Below are positions 22,164-32,703 of a stretch of 64,000 bases of DNA, one piece after another. The first letter of the stretch is position 1; each line of letters starts with the position of its first letter. The notes beneath the pieces are model-generated. The model was not told where the DNA came from. It saw only the letters and a list, made by a program, of their open reading frames with translations, and made no database searches. Position numbers and translations under genes: made by a program. The DNA lies in assembly GCA_963667565.1 (NCBI GenBank), contig OY763415.1, positions 256,001 to 320,000 on the forward strand, read 5' to 3'. The stretch comes from Acholeplasmataceae bacterium (GTDB lineage: Bacteria > Bacillota_I > Bacilli_A > Acholeplasmatales > Acholeplasmataceae).

Positions 22164-23566
22164 TGGCTGAAACAAGTTTAAGTTCACGTTTACAAATGGC
22201 AATGCGTCGTATGACAGGACGTGGATCATTAAATGAAAATGATATAGATGAAATGATGCGCGAAGTCAGACTATCGCTTCTTGAAGCCGATGTCAATTTT
22301 CGTGTTGTTAAAGAATTTATCGCTCATGTTAAAGAACAAGCAATAGGCGAAAAAATATTAAAAGGTTTAAATCCTGGGCAACAAGTCGTTAAAATTGTTC
22401 ATGAAGAATTAAAAAGAGTCATGGGTAATGAGGCAGAAGACCTTAAATTTAATTCATCAGGTATCACTTCAATTATGACCATAGGTCTTCAAGGATCTGG
22501 GAAAACAACTGCAATTGGGAAGTTAGCTGTATTTATTAGAAAAGCGCAAAACAAAAAAGTGCTTTTGATTGCTGCTGACGTTTATCGTCCAGCTGCGATT
22601 GAACAGTTAAAAACGATTGGTAAACAAATTGATGTTGAAGTTTATGAAGAAGGATTAATTGATGCAAGAAAAATCGTTAAAAACGGTTTAAAATATGCTA
22701 AAGAAAATGCATTTGATGTGGTCATCATCGATACAGCAGGACGTTTACACATCGACGAGAAGATGATGCAAGAGTTAGTTGATGTTAAAGCAATTGCTGA
22801 ACCTAAAGAAATCTTATTAACAGTAGATGCAATGACAGGGCAAGATGCAGCTAATATCGCAAAAAGTTTCCATGATCAATTACAAGCAACTGGAGCCATC
22901 TTAACTAAATTAGATGGTGATACAAGAGGTGGGGCTGCACTATCCATTAGAGAAGTCTCAGGTATACCAATCAAATTTTCATCATCTGGAGAAAAAATGG
23001 ATAGTTTTGAAGTATTCCATCCAGAGCGTATGGCATCTCGTATTTTAGGTATGGGAGATGTGCTTACTTTAATTGAGAAAGCAACTGATGCAATAGATGA
23101 AGATGAAGCACAAAACATGATGGAAAAAATGATGAATAATACGTTTAATTATAATGATTTTATGAAACAGTTTAAAATGATTAAACGTATGGGTTCAATG
23201 TCAAAAATATTAGGGTTTATTCCAGGTATGGGAAATTTAAAAAATGCAGCATCTCAAGTTGATGATAAACAGTTTGATAAGATGAGTGTCATCATTTTAT
23301 CGATGACAGAAGCTGAAAGAAAAAATCCTGAACTTATTGAGAAGTCTAGCAGACGCAGACAAAGAATCGCATCTGGATCAGGCGTGCAGGTAGCAGATGT
23401 AAATCGCTTAAGACAGGCATTTGAAACACAAACGAAAATGATGAGACAAATGTCAAATATGGATGAAAGACAGATGGAACAACTCTCTAAAAATCCAGCA
23501 CAAGCATTCCAACCAAAGACAAAAAAAGGCAAAGGAAAACACAAGGGTCAATTTAGGATTCGTTGA
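22163..23566 (+). CDS. ffh: Signal recognition particle protein Ffh
   Basis: GLQGSGKTT, DTAGRL, TKLDGDTRGGAALS, Met-rich M domain. Confidence 0.98.
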   Translation: MAETSLSSRLQMAMRRMTGRGSLNENDIDEMMREVRLSLLEADVNFRVVKEFIAHVKEQAIGEKILKGLNPGQQVVKIVHEELKRVMGNEAEDLKFNSSGITSIMTIGLQGSGKTTAIGKLAVFIRKAQNKKVLLIAADVYRPAAIEQLKTIGKQIDVEVYEEGLIDARKIVKNGLKYAKENAFDVVIIDTAGRLHIDEKMMQELVDVKAIAEPKEILLTVDAMTGQDAANIAKSFHDQLQATGAILTKLDGDTRGGAALSIREVSGIPIKFSSSGEKMDSFEVFHPERMASRILGMGDVLTLIEKATDAIDEDEAQNMMEKMMNNTFNYNDFMKQFKMIKRMGSMSKILGFIPGMGNLKNAASQVDDKQFDKMSVIILSMTEAERKNPELIEKSSRRRQRIASGSGVQVADVNRLRQAFETQTKMMRQMSNMDERQMEQLSKNPAQAFQPKTKKGKGKHKGQFRIR

Positions 23567-23581
23567 TCCTTTTTCATTAGG

Positions 23582-23604
23582 TTATCCACAATTATTGTGG
23601 ACAA
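23582..23604. promoter_or_regulatory. Two inverted DnaA boxes upstream of polA
   Basis: TTATCCACA (perfect) and TGTGGACAA (= TTGTCCACA, one mismatch). Confidence 0.7.
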
Positions 23605-23648
23605 GTTTGTTTATCATACATGATAAAATATAAAAAAGGAGACTCTAT

Positions 23649-26264
23649 ATGAAAAAAATTACATTAATTGATGGCAATTCAATCATGTTTAGAGCGTATT
23701 ACGCAACTGCATATCCAGGAGCAAAAATCATGCAATCGTCTAAAGGTGTTTATACGAATGCTTTATTTGCATTTGTGGGTATGTTTGAAAAAATCGTGAC
23801 AAATGAAACCACTGATGTGTTGGTTGCTTTTGATACAAAAGAACCAACTAAGCGTCATTTAAAATATGATCAATACAAAGCAGGTCGTGTTAAAATGCCT
23901 GAAGAACTTGGTCAACAAATACCCATGATTTATGAATATATTCAATTATCGGGTGTTAAATTATACTTTAAACCTGGATATGAAGCTGATGATATTATTG
24001 GAACGCTTGCTAAACAAGCAAGTAAAAAAGGATATCAAGTCGATATTTTTTCATCAGATCGAGATTTATTACAATTAGTCGATGATAACATTACTGTAAA
24101 TCTTCTCAAAAAAGGGATGCAAGAAGTTGAAAGTGTTACACCACAAAAGATGATTGAGAAGTATGAATTAACGCATCATCAGTTTGTTGATTTAAAAGCT
24201 TTGATGGGTGATGCATCTGATAATATTCCTGGTGTACCAGGCGTAGGTGAAAAAACAGGTATTAAGTTACTTCAAGAATATGAAACATTAGAAAATATTT
24301 ATGTTCATGCTGATGAAATTAAAGGAAAACTTGGCGAACGCATTAGAGAACATAAAGACTCAGCTTTTATGAGCCAAGATTTAGCAACCATTGATATTTG
24401 TGCAGATATTGAAATTGATGCTGATCATATTGTCAAACATGATCCTGATCAACAGGCACTCATCAAATTTTTTCAAAATTATGATCTTCATGTATTTGTT
24501 AAGAAAATGGATCAACCTGTGGTTATTGAATCATGGGATGCTATTGAAATCACAAATGATCAAGCATTAAAGAAAATATTGAAACCACAAATGGCACTTC
24601 ACTTTGAGTTTAGTGATTATAATTATCACAAAGCTGAATTGTGGGGGATAGGATTATCAGATGGTAAAAACCATTATTTCCTAGATCCATTATATGCATT
24701 AAGTTCAAGGGCATTTGATGATTATTTATTAGATCCTAATATGGAAAAGTTTGTCTATGATTATAAAGCCATTAAAGTGTTTTTAATGTGGCAATTAAAA
24801 GAGATTGAGCATGTTTCATTTGATTTATTGATTGCTGCATATTTAATTGATTCTCATCTTGGAAAAGAAGAATTCAAACGTATTGTTGCTGCATTTGATT
24901 ATGAAGATATGCAATATGATGAACAGGTTTATGGAAAAGGTGCTAAAAAAGGATTACCATTAAAAGAATTCTATTTAAAACATGTAGCATCTAAAGCAAA
25001 AGCAACTTATCTCTTAAGAGAAAAAATGATTCAAGATTTGAAATCACAAGAGCAATTAGATTTGTTTTTAAATATTGAACTACCATTATCTGAAGTACTT
25101 GCAGAAATGGAGTATGAAGGTCTACTCGTTGACCAAGATGAATTGGAAAAACAAGCTCTTGGTCTAGATCAAAGAATTATTGAAATTGAAAAAGCAATTA
25201 TTACTCATGCTGGTGAAAATTTTACCGTTTCCTCTCCAAAACAATTAGGAGAAATTCTTTTTGAAAAATTAGGATTGCCTAATGGAAAAAAAACAAAAAC
25301 AGGATATTCAACCAATGCAGAAGTTTTAAATGGATTAGTAGATAAACATCCAATTGTTCCACTTATTTTAGAATATCGACAACTTACAAAACTTAATTCG
25401 ACCTATATTGTTGGTATTAGACAAAATTTATTTGATGATGGCAAAGTTCATACCATTTATAATCAAGCACTTACGACAACTGGTAGACTATCATCACTTG
25501 ATCCTAATTTACAAAATATTCCTATTAGAACTTTAGAAGGAAGAGAAATCAGAAAACTCTTTATTCCTAAGGGTGATATGTATTTTCTTGGAGCTGACTA
25601 CTCACAAATTGAATTACGAGTATTAGCAGATGTTGCAAATGTCAAAAAATTAATCGAAGCATTTAATGCACATGAAGATATTCATACAAAAACAGCTCAA
25701 GCTATCTTTAATAAAGAAGAAGTAGATTCAGAAATGAGAAGAGCAGCAAAAGCTGTAAATTTTGGAATCATTTACGGTATCGGTGCTTGGAGCTTATCTG
25801 AAGATATCAAAGTGACACCAAAGGAAGCACAAAAATTTATTGATGAATATTTAAATCTATATCCTGAAATTAAAACATACATGGAAGATATTGTTAAGTT
25901 TGCTAAAGAACACGATTATGTCGAAACAATTATGCATCGTAGAAGATATATTCCTGAATTAAAATCATCTGTATTTATGCAAAGAGCATTTGGAGAGAGA
26001 ACTGCACTTAATGCCCCAATTCAAGGTAGTGCTGCAGATATCTTAAAGAAAGCCATGATTGATTTATATCATTATTTAAAAGCACATAAAAAACAAAGTA
26101 AGATTTTACTACAAGTTCACGATGAGCTCATCTTACAAGTACCAGAACATGAATTAGAAGAAATGAAAGTGCTCGTACCTAAAATGATGGCTGATGCAGT
26201 TTCCCTAAAAGTTAAATTGGAAACTTCATGTGATGTGGGTAAAAACTGGTTTGAACTGAAATAG
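23649..26264 (+). CDS. polA: DNA polymerase I
   Basis: 5'-3' exonuclease (LIDGNS, YEADD, GDASDNIPGV) and polymerase motifs (ADYSQIELR, KAVNFGIIYG, QVHDEL). Confidence 0.98.
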   Translation: MKKITLIDGNSIMFRAYYATAYPGAKIMQSSKGVYTNALFAFVGMFEKIVTNETTDVLVAFDTKEPTKRHLKYDQYKAGRVKMPEELGQQIPMIYEYIQLSGVKLYFKPGYEADDIIGTLAKQASKKGYQVDIFSSDRDLLQLVDDNITVNLLKKGMQEVESVTPQKMIEKYELTHHQFVDLKALMGDASDNIPGVPGVGEKTGIKLLQEYETLENIYVHADEIKGKLGERIREHKDSAFMSQDLATIDICADIEIDADHIVKHDPDQQALIKFFQNYDLHVFVKKMDQPVVIESWDAIEITNDQALKKILKPQMALHFEFSDYNYHKAELWGIGLSDGKNHYFLDPLYALSSRAFDDYLLDPNMEKFVYDYKAIKVFLMWQLKEIEHVSFDLLIAAYLIDSHLGKEEFKRIVAAFDYEDMQYDEQVYGKGAKKGLPLKEFYLKHVASKAKATYLLREKMIQDLKSQEQLDLFLNIELPLSEVLAEMEYEGLLVDQDELEKQALGLDQRIIEIEKAIITHAGENFTVSSPKQLGEILFEKLGLPNGKKTKTGYSTNAEVLNGLVDKHPIVPLILEYRQLTKLNSTYIVGIRQNLFDDGKVHTIYNQALTTTGRLSSLDPNLQNIPIRTLEGREIRKLFIPKGDMYFLGADYSQIELRVLADVANVKKLIEAFNAHEDIHTKTAQAIFNKEEVDSEMRRAAKAVNFGIIYGIGAWSLSEDIKVTPKEAQKFIDEYLNLYPEIKTYMEDIVKFAKEHDYVETIMHRRRYIPELKSSVFMQRAFGERTALNAPIQGSAADILKKAMIDLYHYLKAHKKQSKILLQVHDELILQVPEHELEEMKVLVPKMMADAVSLKVKLETSCDVGKNWFELK

Positions 26265-26271
26265 GTGACTT

Positions 26272-27081
26272 ATGCCGGAACTTCCAGAAGTAGAAACTGT
26301 TAGAAGAACACTAGAAAAATTGATATTAAATGAACCCATCTTAGATATCTCATATGATTATGAACCTATGATTAAAATGAATGCGAAAGATTTTGTAAAA
26401 AAAGTCAAAGGGCAAACCATTCATAGCATCGAACGTTATGGTAAATATCTAGTCTTTATTTTAGATGATGATGCGATGCTCATGCATATGAGAATGGAAG
26501 GAAAATTTTATATCAAGTCCTTTGATCAAGAAAAATCTGTTTATGAACATGTGATCTTTAGACTAAGTGATAAAGAATTAAGATATCACGATACCAGAAA
26601 ATTTGGAACTATCCATTTAGTATCGTTAAACAGCTATAAGAGCACATATCCACTTAAAGATTTAGGAAGTGAACCTAAAGATTTAGATCCACTTGTTTTA
26701 TATCAAAAGATTCATCATAGAACTACACCAATAAAGGTTAGTTTATTAGACCAACATATCATTTCTGGTCTAGGAAATATCTATGTTGATGAAACATTAT
26801 TTTTAAGTAAAATCAATCCCCAAAGACCCTCAAATAAAATCACTAAACAAGAAGCGAAATCTCTTGTTGAAAGTGCAACTAAGGTTTTAGATAAAGCCGT
26901 TTTACTAGGTGGGTCAACGATTAGATCTTATACATCATCGCTTGGGGTTCATGGACGATTTCAAAATGAACTTAACGTCCATACAAAAGTTGGTGAACCT
27001 TGTCCAATATGTGGACAAACCATTATAAAAACCAAAGTAGGAGGTAGAGGAACTTATGTCTGTCCAAGTTGTCAAAAATAA
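26272..27081 (+). CDS. mutM: Formamidopyrimidine-DNA glycosylase
   Basis: MPELPEVE, GLGNIYVDE, C-terminal C4 zinc finger. Confidence 0.97.
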   Translation: MPELPEVETVRRTLEKLILNEPILDISYDYEPMIKMNAKDFVKKVKGQTIHSIERYGKYLVFILDDDAMLMHMRMEGKFYIKSFDQEKSVYEHVIFRLSDKELRYHDTRKFGTIHLVSLNSYKSTYPLKDLGSEPKDLDPLVLYQKIHHRTTPIKVSLLDQHIISGLGNIYVDETLFLSKINPQRPSNKITKQEAKSLVESATKVLDKAVLLGGSTIRSYTSSLGVHGRFQNELNVHTKVGEPCPICGQTIIKTKVGGRGTYVCPSCQK

Positions 27082-27658
27082 AATGATTGGACTCACAGGT
27101 GGCATTGCATCAGGCAAATCCACTGTTTCTTCATACCTTCAAAAAAAAGGATTTCAAGTGATTGATTCTGACTTAATTGTTCATGAGTTATGGAAGACAA
27201 ATGAATCCATGAAAAATAAAGTCATCTCAACATTTGAATTAAATAAAGATGAAGATATTATTGAGTCACTTAAAACGTTTGTCTTTAAAGATAAAAAAGC
27301 ACTAGAACAATTAAATCAAATTGTTCATCCTTTTGTCTTTAACGCTATAGATGAAAAATTAAAAACGATGAAAGATGAAACTATTATCTTTATCGATATG
27401 CCACTATTATTTGAAGTGGGTTATCAAAGTGAAGTGGATGAAACATGGCTTGTTTATGTGCCTCAATCCATTCAGATAAAGCGTCTTATGAAAAGAGATC
27501 ATATGTCATTTGTAGAAGCAGTGGAACGTATTGGATTACAAATGGACATTGAACAAAAAAAGATGACAGCAGATCATATATTAGATAACAGAAAGAGTAT
27601 GCACCATCTACATCATCAAGTTGATGTGTTGCTTAAGGGGTATAAGCATGAAAAATAG
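27056..27658 (+). CDS. coaE: Dephospho-CoA kinase
   Basis: IGLTGGIASGKSTV, LNQIVHP, DMPLLFE. Confidence 0.95.
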   Translation: MSVQVVKNKMIGLTGGIASGKSTVSSYLQKKGFQVIDSDLIVHELWKTNESMKNKVISTFELNKDEDIIESLKTFVFKDKKALEQLNQIVHPFVFNAIDEKLKTMKDETIIFIDMPLLFEVGYQSEVDETWLVYVPQSIQIKRLMKRDHMSFVEAVERIGLQMDIEQKKMTADHILDNRKSMHHLHHQVDVLLKGYKHEK

Positions 27659-28814
27659 TTCTACATTTGAATTACATATGCAATCAGATTTATCAACAAG
27701 CGATTTTAAAGTGCTTGCACTTTTATATCAACCACTATTAGGTATGCAATCCTATGCACTCTATACGACTTTTTATGAAATGTTGCATCAACCAAATGTC
27801 ATGACATATACGCATCAAATTTTATTTGATTTACTCAATTTGAAACAAACCGATTTTTTAAAAATGAGATATCAATTAGAAGCACTCAATTTAATGGAAT
27901 CATTTCAAAAAGATGATACATATATGTATTTACTAAAAGCACCACTTTCTGCAAAACAGTTTTTAACTGATACTGTATTTGGTAGTTATCTACAAAGTGA
28001 AATTGGTGAAAAGAATTTGAATTTATTAATTGAACTTTTCAAAAAAGAAGCACCTGATTTAAAGGTTTATCAAAACATAACAAAATCATTTGATGCCCTA
28101 TATGAGTTTAAACAACTCAATTTATTAAAAGTTGATCATGAACTTGAAGGTAGAGTTCAAAATTCAGGTTCACATATCGCTTCCAAATTTGATTTTAATG
28201 GATTTGTTGAAGCATTACCTGACCGCTTAAAAACATCAACATTATTATCGAAAAAACTAAGAGATACCATTGAGAAAATTGCATTTGTATATCAATTTGA
28301 TATAAGTGATATGGTAGAAATTTATCAAAAAGCAAGTCTGTCAAAACAAAATGTGAATTATCAAAGTTTAAACTTTAAAGCTAAACAACATTTTGAAGAA
28401 CATCATCAAGTGTTAACCATTAAGGAAAAATCAAATTCAGAAGTTGACTTAATTGAAAAAGCAACCCCTCATGATATCATTTCTAAATTTGCAAAAGTTG
28501 ATCAACAAGGTTTAGCATTGTCAACAGCTTTTCAACTTCTGGAGAGAAATCATGTTGAACCAGGTATCGTTAATGTCATCTTATTACTTGTTTTAAAACA
28601 TAAAGATGGTATACTACCTCATATCAATTATTTAGAAAAAGTATTGAACGACTGGTTAAATAAAGGGATTATGACAACTGAGGATGCGATTGTTTATGCG
28701 TCTAAATTAGAAGATGCCTATGAACGTAAACAAAAAGAAAAGACAGTTAACAAAGCAGCTGAACCTGACTGGATGGACGATTATGTTAAACGTATTGCAG
28801 AAATGGAGGATTAA
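27648..28814 (+). CDS. dnaB: Firmicute replication initiation/helicase-loading protein DnaB (DnaD-like domain)
   Basis: LYQPLLG, YLEKVLNDWLNKGIMT..DA, EPDW; precedes dnaI. Confidence 0.85.
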   Translation: MKNSSTFELHMQSDLSTSDFKVLALLYQPLLGMQSYALYTTFYEMLHQPNVMTYTHQILFDLLNLKQTDFLKMRYQLEALNLMESFQKDDTYMYLLKAPLSAKQFLTDTVFGSYLQSEIGEKNLNLLIELFKKEAPDLKVYQNITKSFDALYEFKQLNLLKVDHELEGRVQNSGSHIASKFDFNGFVEALPDRLKTSTLLSKKLRDTIEKIAFVYQFDISDMVEIYQKASLSKQNVNYQSLNFKAKQHFEEHHQVLTIKEKSNSEVDLIEKATPHDIISKFAKVDQQGLALSTAFQLLERNHVEPGIVNVILLLVLKHKDGILPHINYLEKVLNDWLNKGIMTTEDAIVYASKLEDAYERKQKEKTVNKAAEPDWMDDYVKRIAEMED

Positions 28815-28816
28815 GT

Positions 28817-29629
28817 ATGAATTTATCTGAAATGCGAAAAGCGATTGAAAACTTTGAAGAAACTAAATCATTAGATATTTTAGATGTCGATATTAATAAA
28901 GTTTATCAATACATTGTTTCTAAGCAAGAAAATCCCATTATAGATGGTTATGAAATCATGCTTAAAACAGATCCATACATTGAAATCTACTATAGACCAA
29001 CTAAAGAAAAGGCAATTGAACTTAAAAAAATGCGTATGAGAGAACACTTGAAATTTTATGATAGTGAAGTCTATATCCAAGATGCATCACTTTCTGGATT
29101 TGATTGTTTCAATGAAGAGCGTGTAAGAGCTTTTGAAAAAGCTCAATACTTCCTTGATCATTATAGAACCAATCAATATGAACAAGGAATTTATATTCAT
29201 GGTTCATATGGAACAGGTAAATCTTATTTGTTATCTGCAATTGCACAAGAACTTGCCGATCGTGGCATTACTGTGTTATTCGTATATATGCCTGATTTAA
29301 CAAGAAGCTTAAAACAAGGTATGAACGAAGGTAATTTAGAAGAAAGAATTAATCGTTTAAAACAAGCAGATGTTTTAATGATGGATGATTTTGGTGGGGA
29401 AAATGTGAGTGCATGGTTTAGAGATGAAATCTTAATTCCAGTATTACAATATAGATTATCTGCTAAACTTCCTGTATTTATGTCAAGTAATTATACACAT
29501 TTACAAATTCTTGATATGATGACATTGACTAAGGATGAAGCAGGAAGAAGTAAAGCAGGAAGACTCGTTCAACGACTAAAAGACTTAATGGTGTATATTA
29601 AGTTATCAGAAACACCATTTAAACAATAG
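28817..29629 (+). CDS. dnaI: Primosomal helicase loader DnaI
   Basis: GIYIHGSYGTGKSYL, MMDDFGGE..SAWFRDEIL..LQYR. Confidence 0.92.
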   Translation: MNLSEMRKAIENFEETKSLDILDVDINKVYQYIVSKQENPIIDGYEIMLKTDPYIEIYYRPTKEKAIELKKMRMREHLKFYDSEVYIQDASLSGFDCFNEERVRAFEKAQYFLDHYRTNQYEQGIYIHGSYGTGKSYLLSAIAQELADRGITVLFVYMPDLTRSLKQGMNEGNLEERINRLKQADVLMMDDFGGENVSAWFRDEILIPVLQYRLSAKLPVFMSSNYTHLQILDMMTLTKDEAGRSKAGRLVQRLKDLMVYIKLSETPFKQ

Positions 29630-29671
29630 TATACTATTGTATTTTATGAAATTGGTGTTATAATATTTAAT

Positions 29672-29878
29672 GAAAACGATGAAGAGGACAACAAGTCATC
29701 ACAAGAAGCGACGTAGGATGGTGTAAGCTACGATAGATGATTTTACTCCCTTGGAGTTCGCTATGAAAACATAGTGCGTATGCTTGCGTTAAAAGCTTAA
29801 GAGGGCTAGTATTTTACTAGAACTAAGGTGGTACCGCGATGATTCGTCCTTAGAGAAATCTTTGGACGATTTTTTTTA
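29672..29878 (+). promoter_or_regulatory. T-box riboswitch (Thr)
   Basis: AAGGTGGTACCGCG T-box near 29825-29838, stem I with probable ACT specifier at 29745-29747, terminator ending in T-run, TGTTATAAT promoter at 29656-29664. Confidence 0.92.
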
Positions 29879-29897
29879 TAAAAAAAGGAGATGAAAA

Positions 29898-31820
29898 ATG
29901 ATGATTAATATTATTTTTCCAGACGGAAGTCAAAAACAATTTAACAAGAATATTACACCACTTGAGATTGCTGAATCAATTTCAGTTAGTCTAGCAAAAA
30001 AAGCAGTTGCTGCAATTTTTGATGATCAGTATGTAGAACTAAATAGACCACTTGTAGGAGATGGGTCTTTAGCCATTTTAACAAAACAAGATCCTAGAGC
30101 ATTAAATGTCATAAGACACTCAACGGCACACTTAATGGCACAAGCAATCACTAAATTATACCCAGGTGCTTGTTTTGGTGTGGGTCCATATATAGACGAA
30201 GGATTTTACTATGATGTCGATTTTGGTGATGTCAAAGTCAGTGATGAAGATTTAGCTAAAATTGAAAAAGAAATGAAGAAATTAGCTGAGCAATCTTTCG
30301 ATATTAAACGTGAAGAAGTATCTTATGAAGAAGCTAAAGATATTTTTAAACAAGATCCTTATAAATTAGAAATCATTGAAGATTATAAAAATGATCAACT
30401 ATCTGTTTATAGACAAGGTGATTTTGTTGACCTATGCCGTGGTGGTCATGTCCTTAACACTAAAGAGATTAAACATTTTAAATTATTAAGTCTTGCAGGT
30501 GCATATTGGCGTGGTAATTCAAATAACAAAATGCTCCAACGTATTTATGGAACAAGTTTCTTTGGTCAAAAAGAATTAGATGATTATTTAAAACTATTAG
30601 AAGAACGTAAAGAAAGAGATCATCGTAAATTAGGTAAAGAACTTGGTTTATTTTTCACTTCTAAAGAAGGTGGACAAGGATTACCTTTCTGGTTACCAAA
30701 AGGTGCAACCATTCGTCGTGTCATTGAAAGATATATTACGGATAAAGAAATCAGTTTAGGTTATCTTCATGTATATACACCTATTTTAGGAAGTAAAGAT
30801 TTATATGTTACATCAGGACACTGGGATCATTATCAAGATTCTATGTTCCCACCTATGGACATGGGTGATGGTGAAATGTTAGTCCTTCGACCAATGAACT
30901 GTCCTCATCATATGCTTATCTACAAAAATGACGTGCATAGCTATAAAGAATTACCAATTCGAATTGCTGAATTAGGTATGATGCATCGTTATGAAAAATC
31001 AGGTGCACTCTCTGGACTTCAAAGAGTGAGAGAAATGACTTTAAATGATGCACATATTTTCGTTAAACCTGATCAAATTAAAGATGAATTCAAACGTACA
31101 GTTGCCCTAATGCTTGCAGTGTATGAAGATTTTAATATTACTGATTTTGCGTTTAGACTAAGCTATCGTGATAAAGAGGATAAAGAAAAGTATTTCCCAA
31201 ATGACAACATGTGGAATAAGGCTGAAAAAATGCTTAAAGAAGCGATGGATGAACTAGGAATGCCTTACTTTGAAGCAATTGGAGAAGCTGCATTCTATGG
31301 ACCTAAATTAGATGTTCAAGTCAAAACAGCACTAGGAAATGCAGAGACATTATCAACGATTCAATTAGACTTTTTATTACCTGAACGTTTTGAGTTAACT
31401 TATGTGGGTGAAGATGGTAAAAATGACCATCGTCCTGTTGTTATACATAGAGGTATCGTATCAACAATGGAACGTTTTGTTGCATACTTAACTGAAGAAT
31501 ACAAAGGTGTATTCCCATTTTGGTTAGCACCTACTCAACTTAGAATACTTCCTGTTCATAATGAGTATCATCAAGAATATGCACAAGAAGTATATCAAAA
31601 CCTTTTAAAACAAGGATACAGGGTTGAAGTTGATTTTAGAGAAGAAAAATTAGGTTATAAGATTAGAGAAGTTCAAAGTCAAAAGATTCCTTATTCACTC
31701 GTTTTAGGTGATAAAGAAAAAGAAGAAGGACTTGTCACATATCGCGCTTATGGATCAAGTGAACAAATCACAGTGCCTTTTAAAACATTTGTTGAATTGA
31801 TTGAAAAACAAAGAAAATAA
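29898..31820 (+). CDS. thrS: Threonine--tRNA ligase
   Basis: TGS domain, [39 protein letters not shown]. Confidence 0.98.
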   Translation: MMINIIFPDGSQKQFNKNITPLEIAESISVSLAKKAVAAIFDDQYVELNRPLVGDGSLAILTKQDPRALNVIRHSTAHLMAQAITKLYPGACFGVGPYIDEGFYYDVDFGDVKVSDEDLAKIEKEMKKLAEQSFDIKREEVSYEEAKDIFKQDPYKLEIIEDYKNDQLSVYRQGDFVDLCRGGHVLNTKEIKHFKLLSLAGAYWRGNSNNKMLQRIYGTSFFGQKELDDYLKLLEERKERDHRKLGKELGLFFTSKEGGQGLPFWLPKGATIRRVIERYITDKEISLGYLHVYTPILGSKDLYVTSGHWDHYQDSMFPPMDMGDGEMLVLRPMNCPHHMLIYKNDVHSYKELPIRIAELGMMHRYEKSGALSGLQRVREMTLNDAHIFVKPDQIKDEFKRTVALMLAVYEDFNITDFAFRLSYRDKEDKEKYFPNDNMWNKAEKMLKEAMDELGMPYFEAIGEAAFYGPKLDVQVKTALGNAETLSTIQLDFLLPERFELTYVGEDGKNDHRPVVIHRGIVSTMERFVAYLTEEYKGVFPFWLAPTQLRILPVHNEYHQEYAQEVYQNLLKQGYRVEVDFREEKLGYKIREVQSQKIPYSLVLGDKEKEEGLVTYRAYGSSEQITVPFKTFVELIEKQRK

Positions 31821-31835
31821 TTTATAATAATAATG

Positions 31836-31965
31836 TTGAATAATTAATAATAATATGATATAATAGAGTTGAAATTTGAACAAGATAAGTGATTAAAAAA
31901 TCGTATTAAAGGCGATCAAACAGATAAAATTTTAACACAAAAGCCCTTAATAAAGGGCTTTTCTT
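31836..31965 (+). promoter_or_regulatory. Promoter plus terminator-containing leader (candidate attenuator)
   Basis: TTGAAT-17-TATAAT with TG; terminator AAAAGCCCTT-AATA-AAGGGCTTTT before the ABC gene. Confidence 0.55.
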
Positions 31966-31989
31966 GTTTTATGATGAAAGGGTGATTTT

Positions 31990-32703
31990 ATGTTAGAAAT
32001 CAAACATGTTTCAAAAAGTTATGACGCAAAGAAAAAAGCAGTTAATGATGTAAGTTTAATCATTGAAGATGGCGATATCTATGGATTTGTTGGACACAAT
32101 GGTGCAGGGAAGACGACATTATTAAAGTCTATTGCAGGTATTCTTAATTTTGATGAGGGTGAAATCTTTGTCAATGGCGTTTCAGTTAAAGATCGTCCTA
32201 TTGATGTTAAAAGACAAATCGCATATATTCCTGATAATCCTGATGTCTATGAAACACTTTCTGGTCTAAGTTATTTAAATTTTATGGCTGATGTGTTTTC
32301 AATCTCAACAGAAGAACGTCAGATAGATATTGAAAAATATGCAAAAATGTTTTCAATGCATGATGTATTAGGCCAACCAATCAGTTCATATTCACATGGG
32401 ATGAAACAAAAAATAGTGATTATTGGTGCATTAATTCATAAACCAAAAGTATTGTTATTAGATGAACCATTTGTAGGTCTAGATCCACAAGCCAGTTATT
32501 TATTGAAAGAAGAGTTTAAATCTCTTTGTGATCATGGAACATCTATTTTCTTTTCAACACACGTTTTAGAAGTTGTTGAAAAGTTATGTAATAAAGTTGC
32601 GATTATTAAAAACGGTCAAATATTAGAAAGTGGTAAAACAGAAGACATTATTTCTAAACAATCACTTGAATCTGTATTTATGGAAATTGCGAGTGAATCA
32701 TAA
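31990..32703 (+). CDS. ABC exporter ATP-binding subunit
   Basis: GHNGAGKTT, YSHGMKQK, LLLDEPFVGLDP, FSTH. Confidence 0.95.
   Translation: MLEIKHVSKSYDAKKKAVNDVSLIIEDGDIYGFVGHNGAGKTTLLKSIAGILNFDEGEIFVNGVSVKDRPIDVKRQIAYIPDNPDVYETLSGLSYLNFMADVFSISTEERQIDIEKYAKMFSMHDVLGQPISSYSHGMKQKIVIIGALIHKPKVLLLDEPFVGLDPQASYLLKEEFKSLCDHGTSIFFSTHVLEVVEKLCNKVAIIKNGQILESGKTEDIISKQSLESVFMEIASES

Noticed and set aside
23582..23604. Replication origin
   Set aside because: Only two DnaA boxes, with no dnaA/dnaN and no extended box cluster.
31821..31989. L20 leader and infC operon after thrS
   Set aside because: The downstream gene is an ABC ATPase and the leader does not resemble the L20 leader.
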